Shown: one piece after another, positions 10,460 through 19,242 of the stretch
Position numbering within the stretch: the stretch's first letter is position 1
Layout of the letters: every line of letters starts with the position of its first letter
The notes under the pieces: model-generated
What the model saw: the letters and a program-made list of their open reading frames with translations, nothing else
The model's database searches: none
Told to the model about the DNA's origin: nothing
Assembly: GCA_002428015.1 (NCBI GenBank)
Contig: DIZW01000042.1
Coordinates: 222-64,221 of the forward strand
Direction of reading: 5' to 3'
Source of the DNA: Oxalobacteraceae bacterium UBA6018
GTDB lineage: Bacteria; Pseudomonadota; Gammaproteobacteria; Burkholderiales; Burkholderiaceae_D
DNA length: 64,000 bases
Translations under genes and position numbers: made by a program

Positions 10460-10473
10460 AGTTATCGATATCT
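10460..10473. promoter_or_regulatory. Weaker LacI-type operator (AGTTATCGATATCT) upstream of the 10374 gene
   Basis: Core GTTATCGATA intact, three mismatches to the consensus. Confidence 0.5.
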
Positions 10474-10550
10474 CAATGGCGCTTCGAAGATCGATTTCTT
10501 GCTGAGTTGCTGCCTGGATGCGTATATTTAGCCCAAAAGAAAGGAAAGCA

Positions 10551-10585
10551 TTGACTTTGTCCAGGGATATTTGTTATCGTTAACT
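10551..10585 (+). promoter_or_regulatory. sigma70 promoter (TTGACT-N18-TATCGT, extended -10 TG) overlapped by operator TGTTATCGTTAACT (10572-10585)
   Basis: -35 at 10551-10556, TG at 10572-10573, -10 at 10575-10580; same TTGACT-N18 layout as the dgoK promoter. Confidence 0.65.
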
Positions 10586-10586
10586 T

Positions 10587-10730
10587 GTTGATGCGATGCC
10601 GGATGTACGGGCATTTCATCGGCCTTAGGATGGCAGCTCGCGCCGCAGTCCTAATGGCGTTGGTCTCTTCCGCGGGGTGGGGTCTCCTCCCGCGTTCGAC
10701 CCGCTCCCTCAGACGGGGCGGGTTTTTTTT
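10587..10730 (+). ncRNA. Candidate small regulatory RNA (~145 nt) with duplicated anti-SD seeds
   Basis: Lies between two minus-strand genes yet has a plus-strand promoter and a plus-strand terminator. Contains stem-loops (ATGCC/GGCAT, TTAGGA/TCCTAA) and the repeats GGTCTCTTCC (10662-10671) and GGTCTCCTCC (10681-10690). No RBS-led ORF is apparent. Confidence 0.6.
10699..10730 (+). terminator. Rho-independent terminator of the candidate sRNA
   Basis: Stem ACCCGCTCC (10699-10707) / GGGGCGGGT (10715-10723) running into T8 on the plus strand only. Confidence 0.8.
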
Positions 10731-10862
10731 CGCCGCTGCGGCGCGCGTCATGCTCATGAGAAGGGGCGTACCGCCGGGCCGCCGTTCTGCCGCCATTGTT
10801 CAAGCCCGTGGCCGCGCCGCAGCGCTCATCGGGGACGAGCCGGCTCCAGCGGACCGTGCTGG

Positions 10863-12512
10863 TCAGTAGGGTCCGGCGCCGGGAGCGGTCAGCCGGAACG
10901 CGAGTACGTCGAGCCAGGATCCCGCGTGCTTGCCGACGCTGAACAGGCCGACCTGGGCGCCGACCCAGGTGCCGCGCGTCACCGGGAAGGGGGCGCCAGC
11001 CGGCTTGAACGTCTTGCCATCGACGCTATACGCGAAGTTGACGAAGGCGTTTTCGTTCATATGCGCGCGCAGCGTCAGCTCCGGCGGCGCCGGCGACAGG
11101 ACCACCGTCGACTGCTCCTTGCAGCGCGCGGCGAACGGGCCACACACCGTCGCAATGAGCTCGGTCACGCCATGCGCCCGGCGCAAGCCTACCCAGGCAT
11201 ACTGCATGCCGTTGACGATCAAGCCGGCACGGTCGCCATCGGTCGCGTGTTCCAGGCGCAGCCGCGTGGTGGCGAGAAAGCGCGCCGCTGGCGCCTTCTG
11301 TGCCAGGATGGCCGGTGAGGCGCGCACGTAATCGTCGGCATCCGCGACGACCTGGGTGTACAGGCGCAAGGTTCCGGGCCGGGCGCTGAGCGAATACCAG
11401 CCCGGCTGCGGATTGCCGCTCCATTGCCACTGCAAGCCCAGATTGGCCGCACGGAAGTCGTCGCTGGTAGGCGGGGTCGCCGTGGCTTGGCCCTGTACCG
11501 GCTTTTCATAGGTAATGACGGGCTCGCCCGTGCCTGGCTTGCGGCCCGGCTGGCCGATGAGTGGCCACCCATCCTTCCATTGCATGGGCTCCAGGTGGAC
11601 CACGCGGCCATAAGGTCCTTTGTCCTGGAAGTGCAGGAACCAGTCCCGTCCGTCGGGCGCGGAGACCCAGGCGCCCTGGTGCGGCCCGTTGACCGGCGTG
11701 TCGCCCTGGTCCAGCACATCGCGCGCCTCGTAGGGGCCGGTCAGCGCGCGTGAACGGAACACGGCTTGCCAGCCCTGTTCGACGCCGCCGGCGGGCGCGA
11801 AGACGTAGTAATAGCCGTTCGCCTTGTAGATCTTCGGGCCCTCCACCGTGTGGTAGCCGGGGTAGTCCGCCCCGCGGATGATGTCCACGCCCGCGTCGTC
11901 GAGCATGCGCGTCGCGCGTGTGTCCATGCGACGCAGGGTGACCAGGTTGTTCTTGCCGGCGCGGCTGAAGGCCCAGGCGTGCACCAGATAAGCCTGGCCG
12001 TCGTCGTCCCACAGGGGGGCTGGATCGATCAGGCCGCGGCCCGCGAGCAGAAGGCGCGGTGGGCTCCACGGGCCCGCGAAATGCTCGGCCTCGACCACGT
12101 AGATACCGGCGTCGGGGTCCGGATAGAAGATGTAGAAGCGCCCGTCATGGTAGCGCAGGCAGGGTGCCCATACTCCCTTTCCGTACTGCGGCGTGGCGAA
12201 CCTTTCCTCCGGCAGTATTCTTGGCAGGGCATGGCCGACCAGCGTCCAGTTGACCAGGTCCGGGGATTCCAGCAGGGGCAGGCCAGGGACGTTGGTGAAG
12301 CTGGAGGCCGTCATGTAGAAGCGGTCGCCAACCCGGATCGCGTCCGGGTCCGAATAGTCCGCATGCAGGACGGGATTGCGGTAGCGGCCATCGCCCAGGT
12401 CGGCGACCCAGGGCGCGTCCGCCGGCGCCGGCGACTGCGCCTGCGCGACCGGGGCGACGACGGCCGACAAGGGAGCGGCCATCGCGGCCGCGAGGACGAT
12501 CCGTATGCTCAC
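10863..12512 (-). CDS. Secreted GH43 glycoside hydrolase (beta-xylosidase-like) with C-terminal beta-sandwich
   Basis: Signal peptide; YRNPVLHADYSDPD, GVWAP, LIDPAPLWDDDG, VEGPKIYK, GPHQGAWV, FHFQDKG-like motifs; GTG start overlapping the GH88 stop. Confidence 0.9.
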   Translation of the reverse strand: MSIRIVLAAAMAAPLSAVVAPVAQAQSPAPADAPWVADLGDGRYRNPVLHADYSDPDAIRVGDRFYMTASSFTNVPGLPLLESPDLVNWTLVGHALPRILPEERFATPQYGKGVWAPCLRYHDGRFYIFYPDPDAGIYVVEAEHFAGPWSPPRLLLAGRGLIDPAPLWDDDGQAYLVHAWAFSRAGKNNLVTLRRMDTRATRMLDDAGVDIIRGADYPGYHTVEGPKIYKANGYYYVFAPAGGVEQGWQAVFRSRALTGPYEARDVLDQGDTPVNGPHQGAWVSAPDGRDWFLHFQDKGPYGRVVHLEPMQWKDGWPLIGQPGRKPGTGEPVITYEKPVQGQATATPPTSDDFRAANLGLQWQWSGNPQPGWYSLSARPGTLRLYTQVVADADDYVRASPAILAQKAPAARFLATTRLRLEHATDGDRAGLIVNGMQYAWVGLRRAHGVTELIATVCGPFAARCKEQSTVVLSPAPPELTLRAHMNENAFVNFAYSVDGKTFKPAGAPFPVTRGTWVGAQVGLFSVGKHAGSWLDVLAFRLTAPGAGPY

Positions 12513-13717
12513 CAGTAGGGCTCCCAGATGCGGGTCAGGCGCGTGAGCGCTTCGAGGTAGAAGTAGTCGCCCCAGATGCAGCTTTCGTCCACGCCGATCC
12601 GGTTTGGCTTGTGGTAAACCGCGTGGCGCAACAAGCCGGTGCCAGGCGCGCCCTCATGGTTGAAATAATGTTCCGACAGGGTCATCACCATGCCGGCGGC
12701 GGCACGTTCGTAGTCGGCGCGCAGCGGATCGAGCAGGGGCAGGCTGCTTGCCAGTTGCAGCAGGCCGCAGGCGGCGATCGCGGCGGCCGAGCTGTCGCGC
12801 TCTTCCGGTCCCTCGGTGAACACCAGGTCCCAGTGGCAGATTCCGTCCGAAGGGAGCCGGTTCAGGTAGTAATTGGCCAGCACCTTCGACAATCCCAGCA
12901 GCCGCGTGTCGCCGTTGTGGCGCGCCACCAGCGGGAAGCCCGCGATGCCCCAGGCCTGCCCGCGCGCCCAGCAGGAATCGTCGGCGAAGCCCTGGTGGGT
13001 CTTGCCCTCGCGTGGCAGGCCGGTGTCGGTGTCGAAGAAGAAGGTGTGGTAAGTGGAGCCGTCGGCGCGCACGATGTGGCGCGCCGCCTGTTCGATGTGG
13101 CGGTCGGCGGCGTCTGAAAAACGCGCCTCGCCGCTGGTGGCGCCGGCCCAGTACAGCAAGGGCAGGTTCAGGTTGCAGTCGATGATCATGCGGCCGCGCT
13201 GGGCCGGTTCGTTCAGGTCGCCCCAGGCCTGGATGATGCCGGCGCCTGGATGGAAGCGTTCCATCAACAGGCCGGCGGCGCCAAGCGCGGCGTCGCGCGC
13301 CTGTTCGCTGCCCGTCAATTGGTAGCCTGCGACGCAGGACAGGCTGTACAGGAAGCCGAGGTCATGGTGGTTGGTCGCGATGCGGTCACGCTGGCGCTGG
13401 TCGAAGCTTGCCACGTGCACGTCGGCGGCACGCCGGAAGTTCGCGTCACCCGACAATTCGTAAGCCAGCCACAGCATGCCGGTCCAGAAGCCGTTGGTCC
13501 ATTCGGTGTTGTCCATGGCCGGGTAGGCGCCGCCTATGCTGGAGGGCATAGGGAAGCGCTGGCCGAAATGCGCGAGGTTGCGGGCCACGGCGGCCAGCGC
13601 TTGCCCGATGGCCCGGTCGACGGCGGCGCGTTCGGGCAGGCGCTGCCACGCGGCGGGCAGGCGTTCGGTGCGCAGCGTTTCCGGAACGGCCAGTGGTAGA
13701 GGTTCGAAGATGCTCAT
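12509..13717 (-). CDS. GH88 unsaturated glucuronyl hydrolase (cytoplasmic)
   Basis: WTNGFWTG, HHDLGFLY, MIIDCNLNL, THQG..DSCWARGQAW, DSSAAAIAACG, IWGDYFYLEAL; no signal peptide. Confidence 0.92.
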   Translation of the reverse strand: MSIFEPLPLAVPETLRTERLPAAWQRLPERAAVDRAIGQALAAVARNLAHFGQRFPMPSSIGGAYPAMDNTEWTNGFWTGMLWLAYELSGDANFRRAADVHVASFDQRQRDRIATNHHDLGFLYSLSCVAGYQLTGSEQARDAALGAAGLLMERFHPGAGIIQAWGDLNEPAQRGRMIIDCNLNLPLLYWAGATSGEARFSDAADRHIEQAARHIVRADGSTYHTFFFDTDTGLPREGKTHQGFADDSCWARGQAWGIAGFPLVARHNGDTRLLGLSKVLANYYLNRLPSDGICHWDLVFTEGPEERDSSAAAIAACGLLQLASSLPLLDPLRADYERAAAGMVMTLSEHYFNHEGAPGTGLLRHAVYHKPNRIGVDESCIWGDYFYLEALTRLTRIWEPYW

Positions 13718-13727
13718 CGGTAATGGC

Positions 13728-14993
13728 TCATTGGGTGAGGTTGGCGCCGTCGGAGGCGATCGCGCCTGCGCGGTCCCGCTTTGGCGGCGTTGGATGTTCC
13801 GGCGGGGTGGGCGCGAGCACGAAGGCCGATACGACTAGGCAGAATGCGCCGGTCAAGGCGAGCAGGAGATAGGTGCTGGGGAAGCCGATCCTGTCGTAGC
13901 CGTAACCGACCAGCGGGGACAGCAGGGACAGGCCGAGCGAGTGTCCAAAGCTGACGCCGACCATGTACACGGTCGACGTCAGGCGCTTGTCGAAGTGATA
14001 GGCGACGTAGCGGAAGATCGACACGACCAGGATCGGCAGTTCGAGCGAATGCAGCAGCTTCATCGCGGAGATCCAGATCGGCCCGCCCGGCAGGCTGGAT
14101 CCGCCGATCCTTAGCATCATGATCGTACCGGCGAGCAGCAGGCCGTTTTTAGCGCCGATGCGGCGCACCACCAAGGGCGCCACGAACAGGCCGCCAGCCT
14201 CCAGAAAAATTTGCGCCGAGCTCAAGTCGCCAAACATGACGGCCCCGGTCTCCTTGTCCGGAAACTGCGCCGCGAAATACCGCGAGAACTGCGAATCGTA
14301 GACGAGGTAGAGGTTGGTCACCGTCAGGATGAAGGCCATGAAGCGCCAGAACGTGGGACTGCGCAGCAGGAGAAGGGCGTCCGCGAGGCGGGGACCGGCC
14401 GCGCTGGCTGCCGTCGTCTCATGCGCGGGAAGGCGCCAGACGGCCAGCATGGCGACGAGCACGAGGCCCGCCCCCGAGGCCAGCATGAAGTTGATATGGG
14501 GATTCAGATTGTACAAGCGGCCCGTCATGAACGCGGCGCTCGCGAAGCCGAGCGAGCCCCACATGCGTACCCGGCTATACTCGAAACCGTAGGCGCGGCC
14601 AATGCGGTCGACGTAGGACTCGACGGCGTAGCTGCCGGCGATGAACGTAACGCCAAGAAAGGCGCCGCCCAGCAGTGCCCCCAGTACCAGATGCGATTTC
14701 AGCAGGGGCGCATAGGCGTACACCAGGAACGGTCCGGACAGCATGCACAGTCCGGCGACCGTCCACAAGACGTTCTTGCGCATCCCGACCTTGTCGGACA
14801 GGTAGCCGTACGCGGGCTGGGAGCACATCGCCGCGACAAAGTTGGTGGACAGCACGATACCGGTTTGCGCGCCCGACAGGTGCAGGTCGGACCCCAGCCA
14901 GAGCACCAGCATCGACATGGTCATGGCCTGGCCAAAGAAGTACACGTACGCGAACGTGCAGAGGAAGCGGAAATGCGATTGCCGGGAGCTCAT
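13728..14993 (-). CDS. Oligosaccharide:H+ symporter (LacY/RafB-type MFS)
   Basis: YGYLSDKVGMRKNVLW, FEYSRVRMWGSLG, KLLHSLELP motifs; start trimmed to ATG 14993. Confidence 0.9.
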   Translation of the reverse strand: MSSRQSHFRFLCTFAYVYFFGQAMTMSMLVLWLGSDLHLSGAQTGIVLSTNFVAAMCSQPAYGYLSDKVGMRKNVLWTVAGLCMLSGPFLVYAYAPLLKSHLVLGALLGGAFLGVTFIAGSYAVESYVDRIGRAYGFEYSRVRMWGSLGFASAAFMTGRLYNLNPHINFMLASGAGLVLVAMLAVWRLPAHETTAASAAGPRLADALLLLRSPTFWRFMAFILTVTNLYLVYDSQFSRYFAAQFPDKETGAVMFGDLSSAQIFLEAGGLFVAPLVVRRIGAKNGLLLAGTIMMLRIGGSSLPGGPIWISAMKLLHSLELPILVVSIFRYVAYHFDKRLTSTVYMVGVSFGHSLGLSLLSPLVGYGYDRIGFPSTYLLLALTGAFCLVVSAFVLAPTPPEHPTPPKRDRAGAIASDGANLTQ

Positions 14994-15139
14994 CGTGCGC
15001 CCCGCGGGGCGCCGCCATCGGATCGATGTGTTGCGGCCCCGCCACGCGGCGGGACCTTTGAAATAGCGAGCATGGTGTCCCCTCAAGGTGGCCGGCCGAG
15101 CCGGCGCATTGTTGTGCACGTTCCGCTCCGGAGCGTGGT

Positions 15140-15179
15140 TGTTATCGATAACCATAGCGCGCCCCCGGCGATTTGTCAA
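15140..15179 (-). promoter_or_regulatory. sigma70 promoter TTGACA-N17-TATGGT with overlapping operator TGTTATCGATAACC (15140-15153), driving permease-GH88-GH43
   Basis: Plus strand tgtcaa 15174-15179 and accata 15151-15156, 17-bp spacer; the operator covers the -10 and start region. Confidence 0.8.
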
Positions 15180-15200
15180 GCGCGTCAGGTGCGCGCTATG

Positions 15201-17090
15201 TCAAGGGGCGGGGCGCAGCCAGATCGCCTGCCCGCCGGACGCGGCCAGGTCAAGCGCCAACACCGTCGACGCATCGACGACGCGGGTGTGGATGCCAACG
15301 TGGGTGCGCGTCGGTACGCGTGCATCGTCCACGTAGAACGTCGCCTCATAGCGCCGGCCAGGCGGCAGGAAGTCGAGGCGCACCGATACATGGCGCGCGT
15401 CGTCGTTGGTGATGCTGCCGATGAACCACTGCTCGCCGCTGCGGCGCGCCACCGTCACGTCCCGGCCGGGGTAGCCATCCAGTACGCGGGTTTCGTCCCA
15501 CACCGTCGGTATCCTGTCCCAGAACGCCAGTTCCGGCTCGTCTTGCGACAATTCCGGACGGTCATACCAGTATAGCGTCTGCAGCGGACTGTAGTAAACC
15601 ACGGCCAGCGCCAGCTGATGCGCGTGCGTCGTCTTGATGCGCGGGTCGTAGTAGCAGATGGTGTAGTCGGCGGCGCCGGCGAGGTAGCGCACGAAAGGGA
15701 GGACCGTGTTGTGGGTGGCGTCGGGCATTTCCTCGTTGCCGCGGATACCTTCCGCCGTCACCAGGTTGGGCCAGGTCCGTTGTTCGCCCGTCGGACGCCA
15801 GTCGTCGTGGATATTGACCATGATGCCAGCGGCCGCGGCCTGCTCGATGGCCTTTTCGATCCACGTGGTCCAGCGTTGCGAGCCCACCTGGACAAAACCG
15901 AATTTCACCCCTTTCACGCCCCAGTCGCGGTAGGTCTGGAACAGGGTGTCCGATTGCGCCAGCAGGGCCTGCTGGTTGACGTATAGCCACACCCCGATGC
16001 CGCGCTCCTTGGCGTAGGCGATGATGGCCGGCAGATCGAAGTCGGGAATCGCCACCTTGGTCGCGTCCGAGCTGAACGAGAAGGCGGGGCCGTACCACTT
16101 CCAGTCGAACAGGACGTACTGGAGCTTGTGGCGGGCGGCGAAGTCGATGTTGGCCTTGGCCGCGGCCGTCGTCAGCGTCATGACGCGCATGATCTTGCCG
16201 GGCTTGATGAAGGACGTGTCGGCGATGCGCGCGGGGTCGTTGAGGTTCAGGATGAAGAAGTTGTTCTCCACCAGCTGGCCTGGGCGGCGCGCGATCATGA
16301 TGCCGCGCCAGGGCGTGGCGAACGGCGAGATCAAGTCGGCCGGGTCGTTCATCGCGGTGACCAGCGTGTCGGGCTTGTCGGGGCTCAGTTTGAACTTGGT
16401 GCGCGCGTAGTCGACCATGCGCGCCTCGAGCAGCGCGACATGCAGGCCGTTGGGCAGCTCCAGCGTCAGCGGACGCTCGGACTGGTCCGGCCAGTCGCGC
16501 AGCGGCAGCAGTCGGTAGGGCCCCTGGGCCCAGCCGTGGAACCAGGCGCGGGTGCCGGCCGGCAGCGCGAATTCGGTATCCTCGCCGACGATGCGGTAGT
16601 ACGACCCCTTCGCGTTCTCCGGAAACGCGAAGCGCAGGGCGACGCCCTCGTCGTAGGCCCGGACTTCGACGGACAGCTTGTAGGTCGGGTTGTCGTCCTT
16701 TTCGAGGTCGACGGTGAGCGCCTGGTAGTGATCGCGAATCCGCGCGCGCTCGCCCGTGACTGGCGTCCAGATGCTGTCGTGGCCCGAGCGGCGCACCCCG
16801 GTCACACGAAGGTTCTCGAACCAGCGGGCGTGGCGGTCGATGGGCAGCGCCATCGCGCTTTCGGACAGGTGGTTGTCCAGCCGCAGCTCCAGCAGCGATT
16901 CGCGGATCACCGGCTCGCCGTCGTAGCTGACCTTGTAGACCAGCGTGCGCCTGCCGTCCTCCGCCATTTTTTGCTGGAGGCCGAGGACGATGTGCCCGTC
17001 GGGCGAGGCCAGGCGCTCGTCCAGGCCGGGCGGCGCACCGTGGGCGCAGGCGCAGGCCACCAGAAGCAGGGTGGCGATCAGGTGGCGCAT
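15201..17090 (-). CDS. Secreted GH97 glycoside hydrolase
   Basis: Signal peptide MRHLIATLLLVACACAHG; LASPDG, FIKPGK, NIHDDWRPTG, AEGIRGNEE, DYTICYY, PTVWDET motifs; real start ATG 17090 inside the 917-aa ORF. Confidence 0.9.
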   Translation of the reverse strand: MRHLIATLLLVACACAHGAPPGLDERLASPDGHIVLGLQQKMAEDGRRTLVYKVSYDGEPVIRESLLELRLDNHLSESAMALPIDRHARWFENLRVTGVRRSGHDSIWTPVTGERARIRDHYQALTVDLEKDDNPTYKLSVEVRAYDEGVALRFAFPENAKGSYYRIVGEDTEFALPAGTRAWFHGWAQGPYRLLPLRDWPDQSERPLTLELPNGLHVALLEARMVDYARTKFKLSPDKPDTLVTAMNDPADLISPFATPWRGIMIARRPGQLVENNFFILNLNDPARIADTSFIKPGKIMRVMTLTTAAAKANIDFAARHKLQYVLFDWKWYGPAFSFSSDATKVAIPDFDLPAIIAYAKERGIGVWLYVNQQALLAQSDTLFQTYRDWGVKGVKFGFVQVGSQRWTTWIEKAIEQAAAAGIMVNIHDDWRPTGEQRTWPNLVTAEGIRGNEEMPDATHNTVLPFVRYLAGAADYTICYYDPRIKTTHAHQLALAVVYYSPLQTLYWYDRPELSQDEPELAFWDRIPTVWDETRVLDGYPGRDVTVARRSGEQWFIGSITNDDARHVSVRLDFLPPGRRYEATFYVDDARVPTRTHVGIHTRVVDASTVLALDLAASGGQAIWLRPAP

Positions 17091-18031
17091 CGTCCGGTCT
17101 TTGACATGCGGGTCGTGACGACGGTGCTCGCCAGCGCGGCGACCTGCCGGACAGTGGGCGGCGCGGCGCCGGGCCGGGTACAGGCGGCGGCCCCGGCCGC
17201 GACGGCGTAGCGCAGGTGCTCGACACCGTCGGCGTCGGGCTGTTCCATCAGACTGAACAGCAACGCCGCGATGCTGGCGTCGCCGGCGCCTACCGTGTCC
17301 GCGACCGTGATCGCGGGTGCCGAGGCACGCCATGCCCCGCCGTTGGTATGATATTCGGCCCCAGCCGCGCCGCGCGTGAACAGGATCCGGGCGTCCGGGT
17401 TGAGCGCTTGAAGGTGGGACAGGGCTGCTGCGGTCTGCGCGGTGCGGAACAGGCCGTGCAGGTCCTCGTCCGACACCTTGATGACGTCCGCCAGGCTGGC
17501 CATCGCGTGCAGCATCCGGTCGTAGCCCGCTTCCATCACGTTGCGGAAATTGGGGTCGTAGCTGATGCTCACGCCGGCGACCTTTAAGCGGACCGCAAGG
17601 TTGAGCAGGCGCGTGGCGAGTGGCTCGCGCGTCAGGCTGATCCCGCCAAAGTGGACCCACCGCGCCGCGCTTTCCCACCCAGATGGAAGCGCGTCGGGCT
17701 GGAATTGCAGGTCGGCGCTGTCGCTGCCGATAAAGAAATAGGCGGGCGGGTCGGTCTCGAAGACCGCCGCCACCAGGGGCGCTCGCGCATGTTGTTGGAC
17801 GAAGCGCGTATCGAGCCCGGCCTGCGTGGCGCTTTCCAGCAGCGTCTGTCCAAAAACGTCGGACGACACGGCGCCGGCAAAGGCGCTCGGCACGCCCAGG
17901 CTCGCCATCGCGCGCGCGACGTTCAAGCCGGCGCCGCCCGGGCGGCTCGCCCATTGGTCCGCGCCGGTCCTGATCAGGTCAGTCAAGGCTTCGCCGGCGG
18001 ACACGAATAGTGGCAGGCCGGGCGCGCTCAC
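17078..18031 (-). CDS. PfkB-family carbohydrate kinase (fructokinase-like)
   Basis: FVSAGEALTD, GGAGLNVA, SYDPNFR, IKVSDED, DTVGAGDA; GTG start coupled to the upstream TGA. Confidence 0.9.
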   Translation of the reverse strand: MSAPGLPLFVSAGEALTDLIRTGADQWASRPGGAGLNVARAMASLGVPSAFAGAVSSDVFGQTLLESATQAGLDTRFVQQHARAPLVAAVFETDPPAYFFIGSDSADLQFQPDALPSGWESAARWVHFGGISLTREPLATRLLNLAVRLKVAGVSISYDPNFRNVMEAGYDRMLHAMASLADVIKVSDEDLHGLFRTAQTAAALSHLQALNPDARILFTRGAAGAEYHTNGGAWRASAPAITVADTVGAGDASIAALLFSLMEQPDADGVEHLRYAVAAGAAACTRPGAAPPTVRQVAALASTVVTTRMSKTGRCAT

Positions 18032-19242
18032 GCTTGGCGCCCCATGGCGTTCAGGACCTCGTAGCAAGCGCCCATCGTGTGGTAGTCGGTCTTGCCCGCA
18101 GGGCTCTTCTGGTCGGACAGTTTGCGGTTGTCGGGGCCGAGGATGCGGTACCAGGCGCCATGCGCGTGATCGACCATGTGCGTCCAGCTGTACTGCCAGA
18201 TCCGGTCGTACCAGTGCCAGAATCGCGGCTCCCCCGTGCGCACGGCGAGCACCGCCGCCGCAGCGAGCGCCTCGGCCTGCACCCAGAAGTACTTGTCGGC
18301 GTCGCAGACACTGTCGTCCGGACCGATACCGTAAACGATGCCGCCGTGGGCATCGTCCCAGGCGTGGGCAAGCGCGTCGTCGAACAGGGCGACGGCACGC
18401 GGCAGCAGCCAGCCGGACGGTTGCGCCAACCGGTCGGCGTGGCGTTCCAGGTTCAGCAGCAGCTTCGCCCATTCCGCGAAATGTCCGGGCTGGTAGCCCC
18501 AGGGGCGGAAGATGTTGGTTTTGTCGTGGCGGTTATAGTCCCAGTCGACCTGCCAGTTGCGGTCGTAGTGTTCCCAGATGCGCCCGTCCGCCGCGCCGGC
18601 CTGGCGCACCGTGATGTTGTGGGCGACCGTTTCCGCACGCAGCAGGTAGCGCAGCTCGCCGGTGCACTCGTATGCCGCCAGCAGGGCTTCGCAGCTGTGC
18701 ATGTTCGCGTTCTGCCCCCGATATGGCAGCACACGCCAGTGCGCGCTGGCCTGGTCGGCGTACAGGCCGTGCTCGGGCTCCCAGAAGTGCGCCTCCATCA
18801 GTTCGTAGGTCTCGGCCACCCACTCGCGCGCTTCCTCGACACCCGCGGCCAGCGCGTGCGAATACGCCAGCAGGACAAAGGCCAGCCCGTAGCAGTGGTT
18901 ATCGGCGTCAAGCCGCGTCGCGCGCTTGTCGCGCCATGCCAGCTCCCACGCGTAGCCGCCCGTGGCCGGGTCGCGGTGGACGTCGCGCAGGAAGGCGACG
19001 CCATGGCGCACGGCCTGCAGATAGCCGTCGTCGGGAAGGTGGCGGTGCGCCATCGCATAATTGAACACGAAGCGGGTGCTGCTCACCAGGTGACGCGTCG
19101 TGCGATCGTAGACGCTGCCGTCGTCGCGAAAGAAATGGTAGAAGCCACCGCTCGGATCGATGCAGCGTGGATGGTAGAAGCGCATCGTTTGCGCTACATG
19201 CGCGGTCAGGAAATCGGGGCTGCGAAAGTTGGGCATGTTCAT
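18028..19242 (-). CDS. AGE-family epimerase/isomerase (mannose isomerase / YihS-like)
   Basis: HLVSSTRFVFNYA, HCYGLAF, YRGQNANMH, PGHFAEW, KYFWVQAE, KSPAGKTDYH. Confidence 0.9.
   Translation of the reverse strand: MNMPNFRSPDFLTAHVAQTMRFYHPRCIDPSGGFYHFFRDDGSVYDRTTRHLVSSTRFVFNYAMAHRHLPDDGYLQAVRHGVAFLRDVHRDPATGGYAWELAWRDKRATRLDADNHCYGLAFVLLAYSHALAAGVEEAREWVAETYELMEAHFWEPEHGLYADQASAHWRVLPYRGQNANMHSCEALLAAYECTGELRYLLRAETVAHNITVRQAGAADGRIWEHYDRNWQVDWDYNRHDKTNIFRPWGYQPGHFAEWAKLLLNLERHADRLAQPSGWLLPRAVALFDDALAHAWDDAHGGIVYGIGPDDSVCDADKYFWVQAEALAAAAVLAVRTGEPRFWHWYDRIWQYSWTHMVDHAHGAWYRILGPDNRKLSDQKSPAGKTDYHTMGACYEVLNAMGRQA

Noticed and set aside
10587-10730. Riboswitch or attenuator reading of the plus-strand terminator
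   Set aside because: No plus-strand gene lies downstream to be regulated.
10585-10869. 94-aa ORF across the candidate sRNA
   Set aside because: No RBS, it runs through a strong terminator, and its composition is Arg/Ala-rich noise.
15201-17954. 917-aa ORF as a GH97 fusion
   Set aside because: The upstream 288 codons overlap the PfkB gene in another frame; the true start with signal peptide is 17090.
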